Assembly: GCA_041577295.1 (NCBI GenBank)
Contig: JBFGJG010000003.1
Location: 32,001 to 96,000 of the forward strand
Length of the DNA stretch: 64,000 bases
Direction of reading: 5' to 3'
From: Gemmatimonadales bacterium
GTDB lineage: Bacteria > Gemmatimonadota > Gemmatimonadetes > Gemmatimonadales > GWC2-71-9
Every line of letters starts with the position of its first letter. The stretch's first letter is position 1. Shown here one piece after another: positions 18,879 to 27,488 of this stretch. The notes beneath the pieces were generated by a model. That model was not told the DNA's origin and made no database searches. It was given only the letters and a program-made list of their open reading frames with translations. The translations under genes were made by a program, and so were the position numbers.

Positions 18879-19890
18879 CTTCCACTTCTTCTTCTTCGCG
18901 GACGGTGACCCCCTCCATGTCAAACGCAAACGCGAGCACTCGCGCGCCCGCGAGCTCCGCGGACTTCATCACGTGTGGCCGCTGGTCCGGTGGGCTCACG
19001 ACGAGAAGGCACCCACCTGCACCCGCCCCGGTGGCCTTCACGCCCCACGCACCCGCATCCCGCACTGCGCGCTCGATCTGGCGTACCCGCGGCGTCGAGA
19101 TGGTCACGTCGAGCCGCTGCTGTTGAACCCAATTTTCATCAACGACCTCAGCGAGACACTGCCAATCTGTGGATTCGATCGCTCTGGCGGCTTCCCGACC
19201 GAGATCCCGGATGCGGAGCAGCGCCTCACACACGGACGACTCGCCGCGCTCGTAAGCCGCCCACACGCGTTCGTGTGTTTTTGAGGAGAAATGGCTCTGA
19301 CCCGTATACAGCAGCGTGAGGTGCTTAGCGAACTCGGTTTCCAACTCCGGACCCACCACCAGCGGGCGCGACTGGACGGTCGTGCCATCAAAGTGAAACT
19401 CGTGAAAGCCTCCGAACGCCGCGGCGTACTGGTCCTGGCGGCCACCGAGCAGTCCCAGCTCCACGGCCTCGAGTTGATAGCCCAGATCCGCGAGGTCCTC
19501 ACGGTCAAACTCCTCGTGCCTGCACCGAGCCAGGCCGGCCACGAGCGTCACGTCGAGTGCGCCGGACGCCCCGAGTCCAGATCCTGCCGGCGCGTCGGAG
19601 CGGGTGAGAATCTCGATACCCCCGGTGACCGGCAGCATGTTGAGCGCCGCCTTATGCAGATCGAGCACTCCGTCATACTTGATATCAGCTGGCCCAGGGA
19701 GACTCACATGCTCGCCCACATCCTCGGCATTGAGCCTAATGCGATTGTGGCCTAGCAAGAATTCCCCGTGCGTGTACAGATTGATCGCCGCATTGGTGAC
19801 AAAACCGCCACATGCCTGGGCAAACCGATCGACGTCGGTCCAACCGCCTGCGAAATCGATCCGCACCGGTGCTCGCGCAAAGATCGTCAT
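18862..19890 (-). CDS. GHMP sugar kinase (HddA heptose-7-phosphate kinase / fucokinase-like)
   Basis: RAPVRIDFAGGWTD, PAGSGLGASG, GGRQDQY and GAGAGG motifs. Start ATG 19890 (ATGA overlap). Confidence 0.88.
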   Translation of the reverse strand: MTIFARAPVRIDFAGGWTDVDRFAQACGGFVTNAAINLYTHGEFLLGHNRIRLNAEDVGEHVSLPGPADIKYDGVLDLHKAALNMLPVTGGIEILTRSDAPAGSGLGASGALDVTLVAGLARCRHEEFDREDLADLGYQLEAVELGLLGGRQDQYAAAFGGFHEFHFDGTTVQSRPLVVGPELETEFAKHLTLLYTGQSHFSSKTHERVWAAYERGESSVCEALLRIRDLGREAARAIESTDWQCLAEVVDENWVQQQRLDVTISTPRVRQIERAVRDAGAWGVKATGAGAGGCLLVVSPPDQRPHVMKSAELAGARVLAFAFDMEGVTVREEEEVEDAGEQ

Positions 19891-21473
19891 GGCATCGTGG
19901 CCGACGCGATGCGCCACTGTGCGAGCGTTGCTAACTCACCCCGCAGATCGACGGTCACGCCCTGGAGACGACCGCTGGCTCCCTGAAGCCCGCGCGCGTG
20001 GTACAGCCACGTCGTTGGGTGATCGTCCGCAAGGATTCGCTGTGCATCACGCCATGCCACTTCCAAGGCCGCCGCGGTCGTCGCTCGCTCGGCTCGAGCG
20101 ACCGCCGCATCAAACGCACTGTTGCGCCAGCCGGGATAGGACAAAGGCCCCGGAGCAACTCCACTGAACATCGCGGCGAGGTAGCCGAGTGACAGGTTCC
20201 CCGGGATGAGCGTCACCAGCGCATCGAAGTCCCGTTCGGGCCCCTGCGCAACGGCGAGAAAGGTGGCGAACTCGAGCTGCCGGATACGCACCTCCACACC
20301 GAGGGTGCGGAGTTGCGCCTGAATCATCTGCTCGAGCGCGTTGTCTCCACTCCCCACGGTGAGCAACTCCAAGGCAAGCCTCTTTCCGTCGCGCTCGCGG
20401 ATGCCGCCGGCGATGCGCCTCCATCCGGCACGCTCCAGCAGCGCTTCGGCTCGATTGGGATCGAATGGCTGCCGTTCGATATTCTCGAACCACGGATGTT
20501 CCGGCGGCACCGGTCCGTCGGTCACATGACCGAAACCGTAGAGATAGGCGTCCACGATCAGCTGGCGGTCGATCGCCATCGTCATCGCCATCCGCACGTC
20601 CCGGTCGTCAAACGGGGCGCGCCGGAGATTCCACACGAGGGCGGCGACCAGGAACACGGGGTAGTCAATGACTCGTAACCGCGGATCGGACCGCACGAAC
20701 TCGGCGTGCGCGGGAGCGATCCCGGCAAAATCCAACTCTCCTGACGTCAGCGCGGCGAGCTTGGTGGAAGGCTCATCGACGACGACCACCACGAAGCGTT
20801 CGAGTTCTGCGGGCGATAAGTCGACCGGGAAATCCTCGTGTCTGCGAAAGACCCAGCGCTGATTGGGACGGTACTCAACGAAGGCAAACGGACCGTTGCC
20901 GACGGGCTGACGGTTGAACTCGGCGAGGCGAACGTCGCCAGGTCGCACGTTGGTGAATCGGTGAGCCGGGAGGATCGCGAGATCGGTCAGCACGTCGGGA
21001 AAGGTAGGCTGGGAATGACGGAAACGCACCAGCACGCGCGCGCTGTCCACTACGTCCACCGCCGCGATCGACTCCAAATCGCGAGCGCGCGGATAGGCAA
21101 CGTCCGCCTGCTGCGCGGTCTCGAGCGTCCAGCGGACGTCCTCTGCGGTCGTGGGCACCCCGTCGTGCCATTGGACATCGGTTCGCAGATGAAACATCAG
21201 GCTGGTCCGATCGGGCCCCCAGCTCCAGGTGGCGAGCCGCGGCACCGGATGCATCGCTTCGTCGTACGCGGCCAAGGTGAGCAGGAGCACGTGTTTTTGC
21301 ACTGCTTTTGCCAAGGGATGGACCGTGAGCAGCGGGTTGATGGATTGGAGATCGGCACCAGATGCGTAAAAGACCGATGCCGAACGCGTGTCGCTCTGTG
21401 GCACCGAACACGCAGCAAGCGTGGCAACGACCGTGAGTCCAGACATCGTCAGACCCTGCGGGAGCATCCGCAT
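19887..21473 (-). CDS. ABC transporter substrate-binding lipoprotein, family 5 (peptide/nickel)
   Basis: Lipobox LAAC; FHLRTDVQWHDGVPTTAEDV, PVGNGPF and PFDDRDVRMAMTMAIDR motifs. Start could be 21446. Confidence 0.9.
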   Translation of the reverse strand: MRMLPQGLTMSGLTVVATLAACSVPQSDTRSASVFYASGADLQSINPLLTVHPLAKAVQKHVLLLTLAAYDEAMHPVPRLATWSWGPDRTSLMFHLRTDVQWHDGVPTTAEDVRWTLETAQQADVAYPRARDLESIAAVDVVDSARVLVRFRHSQPTFPDVLTDLAILPAHRFTNVRPGDVRLAEFNRQPVGNGPFAFVEYRPNQRWVFRRHEDFPVDLSPAELERFVVVVVDEPSTKLAALTSGELDFAGIAPAHAEFVRSDPRLRVIDYPVFLVAALVWNLRRAPFDDRDVRMAMTMAIDRQLIVDAYLYGFGHVTDGPVPPEHPWFENIERQPFDPNRAEALLERAGWRRIAGGIRERDGKRLALELLTVGSGDNALEQMIQAQLRTLGVEVRIRQLEFATFLAVAQGPERDFDALVTLIPGNLSLGYLAAMFSGVAPGPLSYPGWRNSAFDAAVARAERATTAAALEVAWRDAQRILADDHPTTWLYHARGLQGASGRLQGVTVDLRGELATLAQWRIASATMP

Positions 21474-21521
21474 CCGGCTCTCTCACTTGACGAGGTGGGC
21501 CCGAGCCTCCGACCCTTGCGC

Positions 21522-22517
21522 ATGCTCTGGCAGGTCACTCGACGGCTCTTGCTGGGCCTGGGCGTGGTCCTTGGTGTGGTCACGCTCACGTTCCTGCTCA
21601 TCAACCTAGCGCCGGGCGATCCGGCGCGCCTCTGGGTTCCACCCGGCTCCGGTGCCGAGGAGCTGGAGGCCGCACGGCGAGCATTGGGATTGGATCGACC
21701 GCTCGGGATCCGTTACCTCGATTGGCTCGGCGACTTCCTACGCGGGGATTGGGGCGTGAGTTTGGCCCAGCAGCGACCCGTCACCCACATCCTGGGCGAC
21801 GCCCTCCCGCACACGCTACTGTTGTCCGCCGCTTCGCTCATCATCACCTACCTGGCCGGCATCCTCATCGGTGCAATCCAAGCCTGGCGGCATCGGAAGC
21901 CGATCGATACGGGACTGACCATCGGAACTTTGATGTTGTACGGCATGCCCTCCTATTGGCTCGCCATCATGCTGGTCTTGTGCTTCTCGTATGGTGCTGC
22001 CCGATGGGGCTGGCCGGGGTGGCTGCAGCTGCCGGCCATTGGTGTGACCTCACTCGATGCCGAGCTGTACACACCGTGGCAACGCGTGGTCGATCGCATG
22101 CGTCATCTCGCGCTGCCGCTCGTGACGCTTGGCATTATCGGAGCGGCGGGGATGGCGCGTTTTGCACGAGGCGCCGTTTTGGACGTGCGAGGCCGAGACT
22201 TCATCCGCGCGGCCCGGAGCAAGGGCATCCATCCTCTGCGCGTCGAGATGCGGCATGTCCTCCGCAACGCTCTGCTCCCGGTCATCACGCTTCTTGGATT
22301 GTCGTTGCCGGCGCTCGTGTCAGGAACCGTGTTCGTCGAAGTGATCTTCGCATGGCCGGGCATGGGGCGGGTGATGGTGGGGGCGGTGGGCGCACGAGAC
22401 TACCCGTTGGTCATGGCGACGACGGTCGTGTTCGCCGTGCTCGTCGTCATCGGCAACCTGCTTGCCGATCTCATGTACGGGGCCGCCGACCCGCGCATGC
22501 GCCGGAAGCCAACATGA
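21522..22517 (+). CDS. ABC permease, OppB/DppB-type
   Basis: LAPGDPA, GLDRPLGIRYLDWL, DFIRAARSKG and VEVIFAWPGMG...ARDYPLV motifs. Start ATG 21522. Confidence 0.92.
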   Translation: MLWQVTRRLLLGLGVVLGVVTLTFLLINLAPGDPARLWVPPGSGAEELEAARRALGLDRPLGIRYLDWLGDFLRGDWGVSLAQQRPVTHILGDALPHTLLLSAASLIITYLAGILIGAIQAWRHRKPIDTGLTIGTLMLYGMPSYWLAIMLVLCFSYGAARWGWPGWLQLPAIGVTSLDAELYTPWQRVVDRMRHLALPLVTLGIIGAAGMARFARGAVLDVRGRDFIRAARSKGIHPLRVEMRHVLRNALLPVITLLGLSLPALVSGTVFVEVIFAWPGMGRVMVGAVGARDYPLVMATTVVFAVLVVIGNLLADLMYGAADPRMRRKPT

Positions 22518-23386
22518 CAACACTCCGCCGATTGGTCACCGATGGACGTGCGGTCGCGGGGATGACAATCCTCGGGCTGTTCTGCGCCATCGCGCTCTTG
22601 GCACCGCTGGTGGCACCTGCCGACCCTCTTATCCAGACGGACATCCTCCGTACGCGGTTCCTGGCACCGTTGACGACTGGACCAGACGGGGTGTTTCACC
22701 TGCTGGGCACGGATCGCTTTGGTCGGGACCTGTTTTCACGACTCGTGTTTGGGACTCGCATTTCGCTGACGGTGGGACTCTTGTCTGTAGCAGTCTCGAT
22801 CACGCTGGGAGGGGCGATTGGCGTGTTCGCGGGAGTACGCGGTGGCACGATCGAACAGGTATTGATGGCCGTGACGGATGCCGTCCTTGCCATGCCGCGG
22901 CTCGTTCTCCTGCTGGCACTGGTCACCTTGTGGGAGACCAGTCTCATCCTCGTGGTGCTGGTGCTGGGATTCACGGGGTGGATGAGCGTTGCGCGGCTCG
23001 CCCGCGCCGAGGTGAAGGCCTTGCTCGAACGCCCATTTGTCGATGCAGCCCGAGCTGGCGGCGCTGGCCGCTGGCGGCTCGTGAGCCATCATCTACTGCC
23101 AAACGCGCTCACCCCGGTGATCGTCGCGGCGGCGCTCGCGGTGGGCAACTCGATCATGCTCGAAGCGGGACTCTCATTCCTCGGTTTGGGGATTCCCGCA
23201 CCCGCGCCCTCCTGGGGAAACATGATCGCCGAGGGCCGGGAAGCGCTGATCAACGCACCGTGGATTGCCATGTTCCCCGGCATGGCCGTGGTGCTCGCAG
23301 TCATCGCCTGCAACCTGCTGGGCGACGGCTTGCGGGATGCGTTGGATGTGGAGTTGGCAGGAAAAGAGGGATCGGTAGTCAACTAA
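22514..23386 (+). CDS. ABC permease, OppC/DppC-type
   Basis: LLGTDRFGRDLFSR, FVDAARAGG, HLLPN and EAGLSFLGLG...PSWG motifs. ATGA overlap with the upstream permease. Confidence 0.92.
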   Translation: MTTLRRLVTDGRAVAGMTILGLFCAIALLAPLVAPADPLIQTDILRTRFLAPLTTGPDGVFHLLGTDRFGRDLFSRLVFGTRISLTVGLLSVAVSITLGGAIGVFAGVRGGTIEQVLMAVTDAVLAMPRLVLLLALVTLWETSLILVVLVLGFTGWMSVARLARAEVKALLERPFVDAARAGGAGRWRLVSHHLLPNALTPVIVAAALAVGNSIMLEAGLSFLGLGIPAPAPSWGNMIAEGREALINAPWIAMFPGMAVVLAVIACNLLGDGLRDALDVELAGKEGSVVN

Positions 23387-23448
23387 ATGTGCCACCCATA
23401 CCGCCACTAGAGTAACTCCTCTGAAGGGCGATATGTGGAAAAGCCGCC

Positions 23449-26127
23449 CTACTCGGCCTCCACAACGATGGTCACCACCTCCCGCGGCTCCGCGACAAAC
23501 GGCACTCCCCTGCCCCTCCGCGTCGTCTTCAATTCTCGCAGCGCGGTTTCATCTAGCCGCGCAGCCACGGCCCGGCGGAGGGGAAACGGGAATTTCCATT
23601 CTCCCTGCGTGCGCTCGTCGCTCAGGTTGACGCAGCGCAGCACAACGCCTGGGCCAAACTCGGCGGGCTTGAGACTGGTGAAGGCGAGTCCCGCACCCGA
23701 GAGCGCTGGCCCCTCAATAGCAGATGGAACATCGATGCCGGAACGCAGCATGAGACCGGTGAGCGGCGCGTGAAACTCTTCCGCCAATCGCTCAATGCGA
23801 TGCCACTCCTTCGGCGGACTCCCGGCGCCCACCGTTTCGCTGCACACAGCCAGCTCAGCCCGGAAGTGACCCGGCTCCTGGGCGAGCGGTGTCGCCGCAG
23901 GCCACGCGGCGTGCCCCAGTCGGGCGGCGAGGTCGGGCTTGGACAGCTCCCCGACAGCTCGGAAGAGCGTCACAGCGAGCATGCCATCTTGCCGTAGCTC
24001 GTACTCGAATCGATCCCTGGCAAACACGGTGAATGCACCGGGAATGCTGACATAGCGATGCATCGGTGCAGTTGCCACCGGCCATTCGAGAGGAAACTCC
24101 CGCGTGTCGTAGTCTTCGCGCCGTCGGACGACCGGACCGAATTGCATGTCCGAAACATGGTCGTCCCCTAGGGGCTCTTGTGGAATCGAGAACAAGAGTC
24201 GCAGCCGATGCTGCTTACCACGATTCTCCCCCTCTACCACGAACCGAACGAGACGCGATCCAGCATCGAGGCGAGCGTAGAGCGTCCCTCGCACGAAGTC
24301 GCCCACCGAAAAAGGTCTTGCGAGGGCGGCGACGAATGGCCCTCGCCACACCACACGCCTGCGTCCCCACCGTGCTCGCACCGCTCGTCGAGAGAAGGTT
24401 GGCTCGAACGTGTAGGTGTCACCTTCGTCACCCTCGCTCTCGATGAGGGCGAGAACGTTGGCTCGACCGTCACCACGTGGACGCACGGTGAGGCCGCCGG
24501 AGCGCTCGCCTTGGACACGACACCACCCGCCGTGTATCGCCGTGCGGCTGGCGCCAACCTGGTCGCGCACACGCGCCGTCCGTTCGGCGTCCCGCATGTC
24601 ATATGATCGGCCACCCAAGGATGGGACGCGCCGGGCGTGGAGGGCCACGCGGAACGCCGTCACTTCGTCTTGCAGCGGATAGTGATCGGGACTGTCCAGG
24701 CGCTCGTAGGTGTCGTACCGATCGAGCAACTGCAGCGGCACTCGGACTCCGTCTGCGCCGACGAGTCCTGGGATCTCGACTGGCACCCGCGTTTCCACTT
24801 CTTGCCGCACGGGGGGTGGACCCATCCGTACCCGTTTCTTGAAGACCGTGACCGTCGCCTCGACCACTCCGTCACGTGGCCATGGAGAGGGATTGAGCAC
24901 CACGAGCGTCGAGGTCCAACGATCCTGGCGGCGGCGTGCCAGGGTCCGGTCTTGATTCAGACGATCGTACAGTGCGTCAACGAGAACTCCCCGGGCCTGA
25001 ACAGTCACACGGCGTGCCCGCTGCAAGACGTCTCGAGCTACGTCATCCGCAACCGTCCCGGCTAACGAGTCGTGAAAGTGGTTCCGGAGATGATCACGCC
25101 ACGCAGCGCGGAGCAGAGGACGGGCATCCGCGTCGGCTGAGATCGCCGCCAGGGCTGCCTGCGGCTCCGCCCAGCGCACCAGGAGTCGATCGCCTTCCGC
25201 GACGGCCGCCTTCAGTCGCGCTCGTGTCGCGTGCACCCCCTGGAGTGTCCACGTGTAGCGGTACGAGAACCGCAGCTCGCCGGTTACGGTCGTCCGCGGA
25301 GGCTCTGTCACGGCGGCGAAATAGTCTACTGGGGAACCGATCACGAACCGATATTGCGACGCGACGCGTCGGAGCAACCGCAGGGCTGGGATCAAGTCGG
25401 GTTGCGGCCGATGATGGTCGGCTCCGTTGAGCAGTAGGAGCGGGCGGTTGCCGGCCCGGGGCTCGAGCGTGCGAACGATCTCCTGCCAGCGTCGCCCCAT
25501 CTCGCGGCGATCGATCGGCAGGCTCGCACCGAGTTCGTAACCGGGAGGCGGGAGGTGATACACGAGACACGACGCGCCATCCGGCCCAGTCCAGTGGAAG
25601 AGGTCCCCTTCCTGCCCCGTCTCACCGCCGTAACCACGCCACAACAGCGCGTGCTCAATGCCGAATCCGGCCAAAAGCGTCGGCAGGACGGCGGGATGTC
25701 CGAAGGCATCGGGTGAATACCCGAGGTCGCACCGTCTTCCGAGCGATCGAGCCACGCTCGTCCCCATGAGGAGATTGCGAACCAGGCATTCGCCGCTAGA
25801 GAGCAGCTCGTCCGCCAACACGTACCAGGGCCCGAGTAACAGCTTCCCCTCTTCAACGAGACGCGCGACCATCGGCCGGCGCTCGGGACGAACGGACAGA
25901 TAGTCGTCGATCAGTACGCACTGTCCATCCAACAGGAACCGGTCGAATTCGGAATCGTTTTCGAGGTGCCCCATCACCTCGTCGATCGTGTTGAGGAGCC
26001 GTTGACGAAAACGAGCACTCGGCTCATACCACTCGCGGTCCCAGTGTGTGTGCGGCACGACGAACACCATTCGACGCTCACTGACGCGTTGCCTAGATCG
26101 CGCGCGCGCGTGCACACGTCGGTTCAC
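23449..26127 (-). CDS. Glycoside hydrolase family 38 (alpha-mannosidase-like)
   Basis: HTHWDREW, LDGQ, PDAFGH and HFHDSLAG motifs. Confidence 0.9.
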   Translation of the reverse strand: MNRRVHARARSRQRVSERRMVFVVPHTHWDREWYEPSARFRQRLLNTIDEVMGHLENDSEFDRFLLDGQCVLIDDYLSVRPERRPMVARLVEEGKLLLGPWYVLADELLSSGECLVRNLLMGTSVARSLGRRCDLGYSPDAFGHPAVLPTLLAGFGIEHALLWRGYGGETGQEGDLFHWTGPDGASCLVYHLPPPGYELGASLPIDRREMGRRWQEIVRTLEPRAGNRPLLLLNGADHHRPQPDLIPALRLLRRVASQYRFVIGSPVDYFAAVTEPPRTTVTGELRFSYRYTWTLQGVHATRARLKAAVAEGDRLLVRWAEPQAALAAISADADARPLLRAAWRDHLRNHFHDSLAGTVADDVARDVLQRARRVTVQARGVLVDALYDRLNQDRTLARRRQDRWTSTLVVLNPSPWPRDGVVEATVTVFKKRVRMGPPPVRQEVETRVPVEIPGLVGADGVRVPLQLLDRYDTYERLDSPDHYPLQDEVTAFRVALHARRVPSLGGRSYDMRDAERTARVRDQVGASRTAIHGGWCRVQGERSGGLTVRPRGDGRANVLALIESEGDEGDTYTFEPTFSRRAVRARWGRRRVVWRGPFVAALARPFSVGDFVRGTLYARLDAGSRLVRFVVEGENRGKQHRLRLLFSIPQEPLGDDHVSDMQFGPVVRRREDYDTREFPLEWPVATAPMHRYVSIPGAFTVFARDRFEYELRQDGMLAVTLFRAVGELSKPDLAARLGHAAWPAATPLAQEPGHFRAELAVCSETVGAGSPPKEWHRIERLAEEFHAPLTGLMLRSGIDVPSAIEGPALSGAGLAFTSLKPAEFGPGVVLRCVNLSDERTQGEWKFPFPLRRAVAARLDETALRELKTTRRGRGVPFVAEPREVVTIVVEAE

Positions 26128-27488
26128 AGGGTTTCCTCTTGGATGACGATCTCCCCTCGGATACGCTCGTGGAGCGCGCGGGTAATGGGATAGAACCAGC
26201 CGGTTGCGATCGCCAAGACGTTACAGGTGATGGGGCCGCCGACGTACAGGGTCTTGAGCGTCGTGATGGCGGCAGGGGGCTGGACCTCGACGCCACCGAC
26301 ATAGCCGGCGCGGTCCAACAGCGGAAACGCAATGGCGGCGCCGACGGCCATGGCGAGCTTTTTTGCCAAGGCCCAGAGACCAATGTACTGACCCTCGTGT
26401 CGGACGTCCGTTTTCCATTGGTCGTAGTCGATCACATCGGCCTGCATCGACGGCGGAATAGCCAAGCACCCTCCCAACCCAATCGCGGAGAGCGACACCA
26501 GCACACCAAACGCAAGGGTATCGCCAGGACCCAACCACGCGACACCCGCAAATGCGGCGGTGTTGATGGCGAGCGCCAGGAGCCAGGCAGGCTTCTTTTC
26601 CCATCGCTGCGCCAGCCGAACCCAAAGAGGAAGGAATACGATACCAAACCCGAGATAGAGCACGAGAAACAACGGACCCAGATTACTTCGCAGCACGTAT
26701 TGCACGTAAAACAAGATCACTGTCGCCGCGATGGCTCCCCCCAACGAGTAGAGGGTATAGGCAACGAGCAGCGTGAGGAACGGACGATTGCGAAATAATG
26801 GCCTGAGATTGCGCCATGGACTCCCGCTCGGACGCTGGGCGTCGGCCCAGCGCCGTTCATGGACCGCGAGGATACACCAACCAATGAGGACGGCCGCGGC
26901 AACAGCGTACACCAAGCCAAGCAGGCCGTATCCCCTGGTAGCCCCGGTGTCCGAAGCCTCAAAGAGCGCGGGGAGTGCGGATCCGACCAGGGTCCCCAGC
27001 AACACGGCGGACTCGCGCGCGCCGAAGAGGCGGTTGCGATCGTCGTAGTCGAACGAGATCTCGGCGCCGAGTGATTCGTACGGGACAGCGACCATCGTCC
27101 AACACAAGAAGAACACGAATGCCAGGACAGCGAACCGGGACGTCGCGAGCGCTCCCCCGTCGAGCGGGGGCGTGAGCAAGAGATAGAATGATCCCGCCAG
27201 GGGGATGGCGGCGATCGCCATCCACGGCCGCCGCCGCCCCCACCGTGTGCGTGTCCGGTCCGACGCTGCACCGATGGCGGGATCCGTGACCGCGTCCCAC
27301 AGGCGTGAGACGAGCACGATCAAGCCCAGAGTCGTCAGATTGATGCCGACGACATCGGCGTAGAACTTCGGGAGGTAGACGTAGAAGCTGAGGCCCAGCG
27401 CCGCCAGAATGACGGCCGGCGCGGCATACCCAACGAGTGTCGCCGGCGCGATGCGCGTCCCGGTGGCCGGGGCGACGCTAGAGGCCAA
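26124..27488 (-). CDS. MFS glycoside-pentoside-hexuronide (GPH) family transporter
   Basis: WDAVTDPAIGAASDRTRTRWGRRRPW and ADVIDYD...RHEGQY motifs. Confidence 0.9.
   Translation of the reverse strand: MASSVAPATGTRIAPATLVGYAAPAVILAALGLSFYVYLPKFYADVVGINLTTLGLIVLVSRLWDAVTDPAIGAASDRTRTRWGRRRPWMAIAAIPLAGSFYLLLTPPLDGGALATSRFAVLAFVFFLCWTMVAVPYESLGAEISFDYDDRNRLFGARESAVLLGTLVGSALPALFEASDTGATRGYGLLGLVYAVAAAVLIGWCILAVHERRWADAQRPSGSPWRNLRPLFRNRPFLTLLVAYTLYSLGGAIAATVILFYVQYVLRSNLGPLFLVLYLGFGIVFLPLWVRLAQRWEKKPAWLLALAINTAAFAGVAWLGPGDTLAFGVLVSLSAIGLGGCLAIPPSMQADVIDYDQWKTDVRHEGQYIGLWALAKKLAMAVGAAIAFPLLDRAGYVGGVEVQPPAAITTLKTLYVGGPITCNVLAIATGWFYPITRALHERIRGEIVIQEETL

Noticed and set aside
20838..21521. N-terminal extensions of the two permease ORFs (from 20838 and 21722)
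   Set aside because: They overlap the SBP antisense or the upstream permease. Family motifs begin at ATG 21522 and ATG 22514.
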